From: Hydrolagus colliei
Lineage: Eukaryota
NCBI GenBank assembly: GCA_035084275.1
Contig: CM068751.1
Location: forward strand, 2,232,001 to 2,296,000
Length of the DNA stretch: 64,000 bases
Direction of reading: 5' to 3'
The translations under genes were made by a program, and so were the position numbers. Positions 25,356 through 37,549 of this stretch are shown piece by piece (position 1 is the stretch's first letter; each line of letters starts with the position of its first letter). The notes beneath the pieces were generated by a model. That model was given only the letters and a program-made list of their open reading frames with translations. It searched no databases and was not told the origin of the DNA.

Positions 25356-26306
25356 CTGTCAATTCTTGAAATCTACCCAAATCCTCCTGGATTTTACGCA
25401 GATCTATTGTCCCATGCTTCCTTGTTTATTTAATTCAGAAATAAAACATAATAAGAATTGAAGGGTTTCTCAAAATAAATTAGTCATATACAGTAATTGG
25501 CAACTATTCAACAACTGAAATCCCGAATTTAAAAACTTGGTGCCTTTATAACTCTTAATCTCTTGGTCTTGCACACACCTTCTTTCCCACCCCTCTCTCA
25601 TTCCATCTGTGTTATTGTCTTTGTTTTTCACTTACATTCTGTCACTTTTCTCTGCACTATATGCCTTTCATTTACTCTCTCTATTTCTGTTTCTGTCTCC
25701 CTTTCTCTGAGCACGTCTTACATTCTCTCCCTTACGTAAATTTTTTAAAAAGAAGCAAAGTATTACCTTTCTAATTTGAAGAAAATACATGAAGTGTCTG
25801 GACAAACTGGTGATGTAAAGTGACTAAACTGATTTGAAGGACAAATAATTAAAGACACCACTGTCATTATCCGCCCTGAAGGAATCCTGCTCACGATTAC
25901 ATTAGTTGCTCAGCAAGGTTTAGGTGATTTATCTGCTGGGTGTTCATTGTACTGTCCTCAATCACTGGCACAGGTTACAGAGTTGGCAGCTTCTCTCATT
26001 GCCACCCATGAAACCACAACAAATTGCTCTGAGATCTGCTAGAACGTGTAGAATCTGTAATGTGTGCTTGTTGAAGGAATGTTGGGCAAGAAGTTCTGCA
26101 TCACTGAGCAGTACAGTAACATTCAGTTTAGGAGGGTTAATAAAGTGCGTTCAGCTCATGTTATTGTGTCAATCAAAAGGAGGAATTTACCAGCCCTAGT
26201 TCTTCAACACACCCTGATGCTTGAGAGGATAGAAATGAGGGTTTATGAAACCTAACACTCGTCATTTGAATCAATGGAATTTGGAGAACAACAACATCCA
26301 AGGTTT

Positions 26307-26680
26307 CATAGAAACACCAGAACAGGGGTAGGTCATTCAGCCCCTTGAGCCTGTTCTAACATTTAATCAGATCATGTCTGATCGATACCTCAACTCCAAT
26401 CACCCAAGCTTGCCCCATATCAACCTGGTACCCTGAGCTAAGAAATATCTATGCACCTCAATACTCTAGGGAACTGAAATTCCAACCGCTAATTTTGGAA
26501 TGAAAATTACACTGTTAATCGAAGTTCCAATGGTCATCAACAACAACAACAATAAATTACATTTATAAAGCGCCTTTCACGTCGGTAGGACATCCCAAGG
26601 CGCTGCACAGGAGGCGTGTGACCCGAGCTGGGAGGGGAGTGTTTGGGAAGGGGTGAGACACGAAGGGGAGGTCAAAAAAT
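26307..26680 (-). mobile_element. CR1 3' remnant (26307-26500) and L2 3' tail (26538-26680)
   Basis: catagaaac..ggtcattcagcccc is the CR1 end. The (AAC)n tail and gcctttcacgtcgg..cccaaggcgct match the L2 end at 57150-57290. Confidence 0.75.
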
Positions 26681-27427
26681 TCAGCATCAGACCTTTTTGC
26701 TGACCTCCTGCTTCCTGCCACAACAGATGAAGCAAGGCTGATGCTTTCCTGTCTTCCTGCCAAGGTTAAGTAGCATTCGGCTCAGTGCTACATCACATAA
26801 AATTAAGATTTATGTTACTTTTCTTATAGTCAATATTAATGCAACTATGCAATTATTTGTCACACCTTTCATTAAATAGATACCAATTTCCAGCACATAG
26901 ACCTGTACAGCAGTGTTGCCAATTGACAGACACAGAGGCAGAGCAGTGCCGGTGTGATCATACTCCAGAAATGGTGAATCATTACTGGTTACATATGGCA
27001 CCTCTGAGCTCTGAACTGCCGGAGAAAAGTAAATTCAGGCCTTGCCTAAATTCTTAAACTCTTCAGGTGTAACTGCAAGCTTCCAAATTTCACTTATCAT
27101 AAACAACTAAACATCCAAAACATCGTGTTCATTTTATTCATTTATCTTAAAGTGCAGAGCAGAGATATTGCATTCATTAGATACGCAATTTATAGTAAAT
27201 TAAATGCAGAAAACAAAATATGTTTCTAACAACACCCACAAGTCATATGTTGCTCATAACATCACACTTTAAGGGAGGGGAAGCTACTTTTCATCAGACT
27301 CTAGTTTAACTAATTTTTTTAATTGTTTATTGCAATGCTGCCTTGTGACACAAACTGTACATGACTAATATAAACTCACAATGGAGCACCACACAATCAC
27401 CACAGAATAAGTGAGCAAATAACCTAC

Positions 27428-27517
27428 CTCTACAATGTAAAGACGCCCTTCGTCTCTATCAAGGCATTTACACACCTTCTCATGCTCTGCGCACATTACA
27501 GTTAAAGCCATTTTCAT
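27428..27517 (-). CDS. Candidate alternative first exon (MKMALTVMCAEHEKVCKCLDRDEGRLYIVE)
   Basis: 30 open codons from ATG to donor GAG|GTAGGT, phase 0. No homology recognised. Confidence 0.33.
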
Positions 27518-28167
27518 AGCTTTTCAATGCATTGAGGCAACATCATACAGACTTGTTCTGAAATTGGTTTGAGGTCTGATTAAATTTCACACAGCCTCAG
27601 TTTATAATTTGTCCTACAAGGAAATAAATGATGCCATCTATAAAACAACCCAAGCCTGTATTTGTAGGAATCCAAAGCAGATCTCCACAGGACCTACACA
27701 ATATGCTGAAATTGCTGTTCACAAATTTGCTGCTTTCAAGCGGTTAAAAAATAAATGGGCTTTGACATTTGTGTTGATGAGGTGAACGGATGGTCAGATT
27801 ATTTATAACAATGCCTCCCCAAAGAGGTTAAGCCTTTGTAAATTGTTGCAGCCTTAGTAAAGACTGCTCTGGTTTGCAGCACTGTCAGCAGTTGATCCAC
27901 AATGTTTTGAACAGCAGATCAAAATGGCACCACGGTCAAGGATAAGATAGTGACCTTTAACCCTAGAAAATAGATTACTACCAAAATAATGATCGATCAC
28001 TTAATCCCGTGTGTGCGTTTCTCCACATGTGGACACCTTCCCAATATGACAGGCCATTTACCCCCCAAACAAATTGTTAAAGGGGCAGAGTGTTTGAGGT
28101 GAATCATCTTTCAAAACACTTGGTTTTTGGGGGAGCCAGATACAATAATGTGATTGATACCTAATGA

Positions 28168-29748
28168 TGTGGGGGGGGCTTTAAACTAATCCCGGGGGGT
28201 GAGGGTGGGAAACTGAACAGTAGTTCAGATACGGGAGGGGTAACAAAGAGGACAGGGGTAAGGGTAAGACGGGAGAAAAGTGCAGAGGAAGTAATTTGTG
28301 CCTTAGAGTGCATGTATGTAAATGCACGAAGTTTGAGAAATAAAATTGGTGAGCTGCAGGCTCAGGTTGCTGCTAGGCGATATAGAGTCTAGAGTCCATA
28401 ATCAGGGACCACGTAGATCTTCACTTAGAAAGATATAGGCTAATAAAGGACAGTCAACATGGATTTGTTAAAGGCAAATCTTGCCTTACAAATCTGATAG
28501 AATTTTTTGATGAGGTAACGGAATGGGTGGATAATGGTAGCGCAGTTGATGTAGTTTACATGGACTTTCAAAAGGCATTTGACAAAGTGCCACATAGGAG
28601 ACTTATTAGGAAATTAAAGGCCCATGGCGTAAAAGGGACAGTGGCAGCGTGGATCCACAACTGGCTGCGAGACAGAAAGCAGAGAGTTGTAGTGAGCGGC
28701 TGTTTTTCAGATTGGAGGGAAGTGAGCAGTGGTGTGCCACAGGGATCAGTTTTGGGACCATTGCTGTTTGTAATCTACATCAATGATCTGGACTTGGGTG
28801 TACGGAGTACAGTTTCCAAGTTTGCAGATGACACTAAGTTAGGGAGAATAGTAAATAGTGAGGAGGATAGTAGCCATCTGCAAGAGGATATAGACAAATT
28901 GGTAAAGTGGGCAGACACATGGCAGATGAAGTTTAATGCAGAGAAGTGTGAGGTGATGCATTTTGGGAGAAGAAATGAAGGGAGGCAATATAGGCTAGAT
29001 AGTACAATTTTAAATGGTGTGAAGGAACAGAGAGACCTGGGGATTTGTGTTAGTGACTCGTTGAAGGTGGCAGGACAGGTAGAGAAGGCTGTTAAGAAGG
29101 CATATGGGATACTAGGCTTTATAAATAGGGGTATAGAGTACAAAAGTCAGGAAGTGCTGACTAACCTCTATAAGACTTTGGTGAGGCCTCAGCTGGAATA
29201 CTGTGTTCAATTCTGGTCACCACACTACAGAAAGGATGTGAAGGCATTGGAAAGGGTACAACGAAGATTTACTAGGCTGGTGCCAGGATTGAGGGACTTC
29301 AGCTATGAGGAGAGGCTAGATAGGCTAGGGTTATTCTCTCTGGAGCAGAGAAGATTGAGGGGAGACCTAATAGAGGTTTATAAGATCATGAGGGGTTTCG
29401 ACAGGGCAAATAGAGAAAAACTATTTCCACTCGTGGGTGAATCTGTGACTCGTGGTCACAGATTTAAAATAGTTTCAAGGCGAAGTAGAGGGGAGCTGAG
29501 GAGAATTTTTTTCACTCAGCGAGTTGTTCGAATCTGGAATGCATTGCCTGAAAAGGTGGTGGAGGCTGATTCGATAACAACTTTTAAAAGGGAATTAGAT
29601 CTTTATTTAGGGAGAACGGGTCTATTAGGCTATGGGGAGCGGGCAGGGCAGTGGGATTGAATCGCTCTTTTCAAAGAGCCGGCACAGACTAGATGGGCCG
29701 AATGGCCTCCTTTTGTGCCGTAAAATTCTATGAATCTATGAATCTATG
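28168..29748 (+). mobile_element. CR1 LINE, internally deleted, with intact RT/C-terminal frame 28389-29660
   Basis: ORF1 end (VGGALN*) and ORF2 start (CMYVNARSLRNKIGEL) are joined directly to LESIIRD..SQHGF..YMDFQKAFDKVPH..GVPQGSVLGP..FADD; (GAATCTAT)n tail. Confidence 0.96.
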
Positions 29749-30604
29749 TGTTGGGGTTTCTTGGTGATCTATTTTTTAAATTAACTTTAAAAAGCTTTTT
29801 TCGCTAGGGAAATGCTGCCAGCATCTATTCCATCTAGAAGACGTAAAAAGCGCTATATAAAATGCAAGGATTATTATTATTATCAGAACTTGCTCCAAAA
29901 AACACTGCTGTAAAGTCAGCACTTCTGTTGGACAAGCATCTGCAACAGCACAACTGAACCAATGTTTTTTTTCAATTGGCTATTTTAGGTTTTCAGTTCA
30001 TTTCTTGAATGTGTATCTTGCAGCAAACACTATTAGTGATATTTTATTGTTCAGTAAGAGATCGACCAATGCATTCTACAAACAACTGATTGATTGTCAG
30101 TAATGCACTACTCATTCAGCCCATTAGAAGGCAAGCTTGAGCAGTGGAGCTCCACTGCCCTCCTGCAGATGGCCTGACCTCACATCTGATTGAAGAATTA
30201 GTCCAGCTAATTTAATCCATCCTAATCTTTCATAAGCCTCTGGGTACTGTTGTACATTGGTCTATAATCTGAACCGTATAAAACTGTTTTTAATATTTAA
30301 TATAATTAAATAATATATTTAATATAATAAGTATCTATCCAGTGATTTACATGTAGCAACAATGCGATCTCACCATTGCTACCAGTCGCTAACATTGTAC
30401 CAGTTGTCGACAAGATACATGCTTCACAATTGTAAATTTGACTTTGATATCTCTAGTCCGCTCACTTGCATGTTCCAGATCAGTTCACTAACAAACAGGA
30501 ACACTGTGGAGGAAGCCTGTTTGACTGTTTAAGATTTTAAAGAGACAGTGTCATTGATTTGCTTTAGGCTTATTTGAATTTTCTGAAGATGTTGCACATT
30601 GTCT

Positions 30605-31108
30605 CAACAACAACATACACCTCATATGTGGCCCCTCCCACAGGACCTGAACACTTGACAATGGTGCAATGTGGATCATAGGATCTGTCAAAGGTCCTTA
30701 AGCTAGAGCTGGGGATGAGGGGGGGAGGTGCAAGGTGGAGCGATGGAGGAAGAGTGTTCCAGAGTTGCAGTGGCTGAAGGCTTGGCAATAGATGGTGGAA
30801 CAGAGAGCACAAGGGACATGCAGGAGGCCAGAGCCAGTTGAGCGGAGCCAGCGGGCTAGAGATGGACGGGTAGGGAGGTCACAGGGCATGAAGAGGTTTA
30901 AAAATGAGTGTGAGGATTTTAAAATAGATCCAGTCGGCAATAGTGAGCCAGTGGATCCTGGCTATAACTGGTGTGATGGGAGAACAGAGTTTAGTACAGG
31001 TGAGTATATGAGCAGCAAAGTTTTGGATCAGCTGAGTTTTATGGATGGTGGAGGTGGAGCTGGGGAGACTGGCCAGGAGGGCAGCTGAAGAATCAAGGCG
31101 GAGGTGAC
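30605..31108 (-). mobile_element. L2 LINE 3' fragment, degraded
   Basis: LRSTGSGLLHVP / LWNTLPPSL remnants and (AAC)n tail. Confidence 0.8.
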
Positions 31109-32638
31109 TCTGATGTATTGTATATGCTAAATGTAGTTACCAATAGCTCCTGGGATGATGTAACGAGTACCACAACTCTGAAAGGTCTTGATGGTGAGAT
31201 TCTTTAAGTACACTTTAAACTGACTAAATGTTTCAATTTAAAGTAGTTGGATCAAAAGCAAATTAAAAGCATCAGTTTTCATTTTCCTGTGATATACTTC
31301 TAAGAGCTTTATCTGTGGTAAAAGGATTACAGCTGTATCCATATGGGGTGCTTGATCCTATGTACTGCACCAATTATTGGATCAAATAACATGTTTTTGA
31401 GCTGAAAATGTGACTGCAGCATTACAATGTACTGTACTTGAACATACAATTGGAGGCTATTAAAATGAAATCTGGAGTTAATAATGGTTGTCAACGCAAC
31501 CATTATATTGTATTTCTATTATTTCCAAATTGAATTCTGTTTTATTTTCTGGATGATGTCAGTGTACTTATTACATTACTCATGCTTTGTTTTTTTTCCT
31601 GGCAACCAACTATGTCTATAATCCTGATTTGGAGATTATCCCAATGCTTGACAAAGCAGGAAACCCTGTTGAAATAACCAAGGGCAAAACGATTCCAAGT
31701 GCTGATCTGACAAGTGGGCAAAGTGGGACTGATTGCGAATAGAAAATCAGGTGACCCGAGGAGATAAGGGGATTCCCGAATAATGAAAGGGCAAAAGCAA
31801 GAGTGAGAATGCCTAACGATAGAGTAAACTACTCAGCGTAGGCCAGGGCACCTAAAGGACTAAAGGGACTGAGTAAAAATGGTAAAGGTAATGAGTGTGA
31901 AAATGTTAATTACAACACTGTGCTAATAGAAATCTCTGATTTTCTGGAATTTTATTTTATGAAATTGTGGGGAAAGAATTAAAAGTAAAATTCAAAAGGC
32001 CTACGAAAGCCATTTTATGCCCAGGCGTTTACTTTTCAATCTATTCCCAGAGTTTGGGGACATTTTGTTAGTTTTGAAGCAGTTGAAAAGCAAAACAACA
32101 GCTGTGACTGTGAAGAGTAAGTCTCGTGATCATGACTAGCATGTACCCGTACTTTGCAATCCTTCCCTTGGTTGCAAATAGGCTTCAAAGCACCAATTAT
32201 GTAAATAAAGTCAAATAAAAATAGTGTCATCACCTAGCCATTGTTTCATTGCAAAGTCTTTCATTTTAATTTATCTTTGAATTACAAAATTTCTGAGCAG
32301 ATATGACCAATTTTGATTAAACTGTGTGAGTGAACTGTTCCTAATACCTTTACAATGAGTTTTCTCACAACAAAACAAACAGATGTTTCAGCCATGGGGC
32401 AAATTAAGAGTTCAGCGACTCATAATGTGCACAATGATAACAAAGCATTATGATGCTCAGAGTTTTCTCACTGAAGTTTGCTTTTTAAATGAATGCCATG
32501 CAGATCACACCAACTTGCTGCAGGAACTTGACTGCAAAACCAAGAGCCCTGTTTGTGTAAGGCAACACGACACACTTTTAGTTGCCTTATTAAGGAAGCC
32601 ATTTGAAATTGCAGCAATATTAAGAGTTAAACATAGTA

Positions 32639-33785
32639 CAGCTAAACCTCTATTTAGGATGGGGTTGCGTTCCTGAAAAACTGTATCTAGATCGAAACGT
32701 CCTAAATCGAAACGCAGTCCCATTATATAACCAGAGATGTGTTCTCTTCACAAAATTTTCAGACCTTAAATCCACTAAATTACACACAAAACCACACAAC
32801 ATAACACACAAAACACACAAATTAACACATAGGCAAGAAGGGGTACTTGGGGACTGTAGAGTATTGTACTTTAATACTGGCAAGCCTTAATACTGGCAGT
32901 GTGACAGTGGCACTTGCAGCTTCCCCACTCATCTTGATGTTGTGGAGCCCATAGCGTCTTTTAAACCTTTGAAACCACCCTCTGCTAGCACTGAAAGATG
33001 GTGGTGTTGAGCCATCTCCTTCCTGATCATTTAACTCTCTAAACAATGATTTTGCCTTCTCTTGGATAACAAGGGTGTTGAGTGGTATATTACGCTGGTT
33101 CGAATCCTTAATTCAGACACTCAGCATCCTTTCCATGTTTTCTATCACATCACTCCTATGTTTTGCTAATCTCAATGCACCTGTAGCTGTAACACACTTT
33201 GAACTTGCCAGTATATTATCCTTATTTATGGTATTGACCATCAATCTACCTAGCCCTGAAGCCCTTCCGACGTCCATACCTTTTTCACCAGAATCAATGC
33301 GCTTTATCACTTCTAATTTGGTATTTAAAGTGCTGACTTTGCAGGGTTTCTTGCCACTAGCGGTATTACTGCTGCTCATTTCACTTACAGTACTGCTCTC
33401 TTCCCTGACATGGTATAAACAGTGGAGGGTGTAAATCGCTCAAAGTTGCTCAGGAATGTTTGAAAATTACTGTAATACTGTCATGGTGCGGTGTTGCTTC
33501 AAAATCAGCTGGCTTTTAAACAATGACGTGGCGACATGCTATTGACCAGTTCAAACGTTTGGATATCAGGTGCGAGCGCAATTTACCCGCGAATACACTA
33601 TGGACTGTGCGTATGGACAAAAAGGACGCGCAAAATGCGACCGTGATATTCAAAATATGTATTTAGAAAAACATTTAGTCCTTAAAACGAATCCAAGTTG
33701 CTATATCGATCAAAAGGTGTTAAAAAATGATGGTTCTTCAATCGAAACATCCTAAATAGAAGCATCCTAAATAGAGGCTTATCTG
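32639..33785 (-). mobile_element. Tigger/pogo DNA transposon, internally deleted
   Basis: 23-bp terminal inverted repeats (TIRs; CAGCTAAACCTCTATTTAGGATG / CAGATAAGCCTCTATTTAGGATG), TA TSD on both sides. CENP-B-type HTH remnants TLNTKLEVIKRIDSGEK and FSASRGWFQRFKRRYGLHNIKMSGEAASA; DDD domain missing. Confidence 0.93.
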
Positions 33786-34879
33786 TAGTTAATATATATA
33801 CCGTTGAATACTGAGCTTCTTGAATTGTTCACCTAAATATATAACAATGTGGCAAGGAATGATTTCCGAAAGCAATTAAATTTGTGTGTGTGTGGTATTT
33901 AAGACAGTAAAGAAGACAGTATTGTAGTTCTGAAGGGGTTAACTACCATTTAACTCCCCCATCCCCCCAAAAATTCAGCAAAAATAAACCCTCAGATGTA
34001 AAACATTGGATCTACTTATCCAGAAAGAACTGTGATATAGTTAGAAGAGCTGAGGCAAATTCGAGGAAAGTGTATGTGATTTCTTTTTAACTGTCATGCA
34101 ATCATCTGTCCTGTTGCTAAATATGTAATATTGTATCGGTAGCTCAAAAAGATATCTGGAGTGAGATAACGTGTGTATTTAATTGTCTAAATTAGACACT
34201 GGAAGCTTCACATCATAATGTTTGAGAATCGTGTACCTAACCCATGTATTGGTACAAAGGGGCAAAACTTTGAAGAACCTATACAGTACTGTTTTAGATG
34301 AGTTAACAATGTATCTAGCTTTGTATGGGTACGATTATCAAAGTAACACAATATCCAGCTAATAAATTCCTCTTTCCTAAAGATAAACTATTTGTATAAA
34401 AATTCCTTCCTAAGACAAAATTGTAAGTAAACTTTGCCTAACTATTGCTCCTGATTAGCATAACATAAATGTTTTACAGGTTAAGTTTCCTCTGAATACG
34501 AGTCAGCAAAATGTCTTGACTGTGTAAATTAATTAGTGTCAACTGTATGACAAACAGTGAGTAAAGGCTAGTTGAACAAGGAGCCAGCAGACGTGTTGCA
34601 GCTCGTTTGAAACTGTTCTGACACAAATTCTGTGCCTCTGTCTGTGCATCTAAGCCATCGCAATTAGTGCCGAGCAGCTCTAAATGTTTTGCAACTAATC
34701 TTTACAAATAATTCATGTTCGTAAGAATGCTAGTAAGCAAGGAATACATAGGCTCTTATTGTGACATAGCAAGAGACTGTCAGAGGAGAGCAGTGTGGTG
34801 ACCCTCACAGTATTAAACATTACTCAGCCTCATTCTCTGAACTCCAGAAGACAACACATGTTCAACGCCTCCTTGCATC

Positions 34880-35657
34880 GGGCTCTGGCTGCATCAACCT
34901 CCATGGTTGCTCACTCAACCTCACCAAGCCAGTCAGGAACCTAAGTGTCTTGTTCGACCCTCAACTGTCTTTCCTCCCTCACATCAAATAAATGACTCGC
35001 TCTGCCTTTCCCCACCTCCGCAATATTTCCCGACTCCGCCATTACCTCACCCCTAAAGCCGCCGAAACCCTCACCCACGCCTTCATTACAACCTGGCTCG
35101 ATTATGCAAATGCCTTGCTGGTTGGCCTTCCCAATTCCTCCCTCCACAGGGTGTAGATAATCCAGAACTCTGCGGCCCGTGTCCTCTACCGTTCCAAACT
35201 CCATGACCCCATCTCCCCCATCCTTGCCTGACTCCATTGGCTCCCCATCATCCAGAGGATCCAATTCAAGATCCTGGTCCTCACATATAGAGCCCTCTAC
35301 AACCTCACCTCACCCTACATCTGTGACCTCCTATGCCTTTACCAACCTGCCCACTCACTCCGTTCAGCAGACTCTGGCCTGCTCCATGTTCCCCGACCCA
35401 CCCGCCCAACCATTGGTGGGCGAGCCTTCAGTCACTCTGCCCCCAACCTCTGGAACTCCATCCCGAAGTCCCTCCGCCTCGCCCCCTCCCTGGACTCCAT
35501 CAAGTTTCACCTCAAGACTCTCCTCTTTGATGGTCCCATCGGCGACTCCATCCCCCACTCCGTCCTGAAGCAGTCTGAAGCAGTAACCTGTCCAGCGCCT
35601 TGGGACGTTCTCCTGACGTGAAAGGCGTTATACAAATGTAATTTTGTTGTTGTTGTT
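34880..35657 (+). mobile_element. L2 LINE 3' fragment
   Basis: Reading includes AAETLTHAFIT..LDYANALL and LHWLPIIQRIQFKIL; conserved L2 3' end and (TTG)n tail. Confidence 0.92.
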
Positions 35658-36504
35658 CATACTTGTACTTTTACACATGTGGAAAACAAATTGTTACAAA
35701 GGCACAAGTGCCATCTGACAGTGCTTTGTGCACAAATAGAAAAAAAATGAACAGGATAAAACAAATGAGAATACAAGTAGAGCAGGTGTATTGTGATCCA
35801 AGCAATCCATGTGTCAGCCAGCTATGGCAAAGAGTCAACTAAGACATATTTTCAAAGGTGCAAAACTTCATTATCAAAAGAAATGGTTTAGCTTAGTCTC
35901 GTGTAGATTGGTGACAGTGTAGTTATTGGGGTGAAATGTTTCTTTACTGTAAACACCAAACTCTAGGGCTCCATGGAAATCATGAGGGGTAATATCTCGT
36001 TGGTTCATGGTGTCAAACTAAATGCATGAGGGACCTAAGTGGCAGAATGCATGAGCAGCCTCTGTTTTCACCAGTCCACCATGATCATATTTAGATGAGT
36101 GAGAATGAACTGTAATTGCTACATATTATAGAAATCAGATTACAGTATTCACTAGAATTCCTAGTTTGCTCAATCTGTCAGTGCCAGACAATGTCAATAA
36201 TCTGAAATGTGTATATTTCAGTTGAGAAACATGCAGTTCAGTATACATAGGACAGAACAATTTATCTACATTATCTTCATATCTGTCTTGATGCACCAAT
36301 GCTCTATAAAGAAAAACACATCAACTAGGTCTGCATCAGTGTTACTCTCCATTTCCCATTCTAATCATCCTCTCAGAGTCAGGCGGTCAATCCAACAGAA
36401 ATTTATGGACAGAAAGTTTGATTGTCTGCATGTAAATTATTGTACAGTATTAACATTGCTTTGTCAAATTGGCAGTAACACTAATAGCCCTTGCATTTGA
36501 TATA

Positions 36505-37187
36505 CAGTAGAAGCCCGTTTATCCGGCACCCTCGGGACCTGGCCAATGCTGGTTAAAGCGCCTGCCGGATATTCGGGCGGCCCGCAGCCAAAAACCCACT
36601 ACAAAAAAATTAAAGTTCTTTTAACACACATCATACACACCAGACTAAGTAATGGGAGATAGTGGCAGAATGTTGTGTTGGTGCTTGTTGTTGGGGCTGC
36701 TCTCTTGTGCTTCTCACCTTTGCTGGTTGAGGTTTGCAGTCCAGCGATTCTTTTTTGAAAGGAGGACACCAGGTGGGTGAAAAAAACGTCAGCGCGATTT
36801 TAAAGTCGCGCGACTTTACTCGCTGCAAGCCGAAGCCCTAGACTCTACTCATGACAAACCAAAATACTGCAGCTGCGCGACAATATGGGTTATCGGGTAG
36901 CGTAATCGACTTTAAAGTTTAAAGTCATACACGCTCCGTTATTTTCGCCAGCTTGGTGTGCTGCATTTTGGGGGGAGTTGCTGGACTGTAAACCTCAACT
37001 GCAGCATCATGGATTCAAGTGCAGCATCTACCAGCAGGTGTGGGGGGCGCGGGAGAGTGATTTTGACGGTGAGTATTCCGTTGTTATGTTATTAATTATG
37101 CATTTACAAATGCTTCACGGCTATTGTTCCGGATAAGTTCTGGTTTATTGAATGGGAACTTTTTTGGGGGAGTGCCGGCTTCTACTG
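36505..37187. mobile_element. Tigger-derived MITE, copy 1
   Basis: TA|CAGTAGAAGCCCG ... GGCTTCTACTG|TA; homologous to 48792-49518; inserted into a SINE tail. Confidence 0.88.
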
Positions 37188-37230
37188 TAGTGCCTTATCA
37201 GATCATTATAGATGTCTCAAAGCTTCTTTT

Positions 37231-37549
37231 ATAATATAATAATCATCCTTGCATTTGATATAGTGCTTTTCACATCTTCTAGATGTCTCAAATTGCTTCA
37301 CAGAATATACCGCAAAGTGAATTGACTGCATATCTGTGGGCAAAACGCAGCAGCCAATTGCATACAGCAGTGTCCCACAAACAGGCGTGGATTGAAATGA
37401 CCAATTTATTATAGGCTTTTATGGACGTATTATTATTAGGCGTGTGGAATAAGTAAACCTGCCCAAGGTTTCGCCCTGACCTGCATGGATTCAAAACACA
37501 GGTCTCACGCTTGTAAGGGAGTGCTCTTACCACTGAGCTACAGGACTCC
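37231..37549 (-). mobile_element. tRNA-derived SINE, full length
   Basis: Reverse complement of the 14603-14911 family, from head GGAGTCCTGTAGCTCAGTGG to the (TTA)n tail. Confidence 0.9.

Noticed and set aside
28527-29660. 377-aa reverse transcriptase ORF as a host gene or novel RT system
   Set aside because: Ordinary CR1 ORF2 segment with CR1 3'UTR and tail, and a near-identical truncated sibling at 4255.
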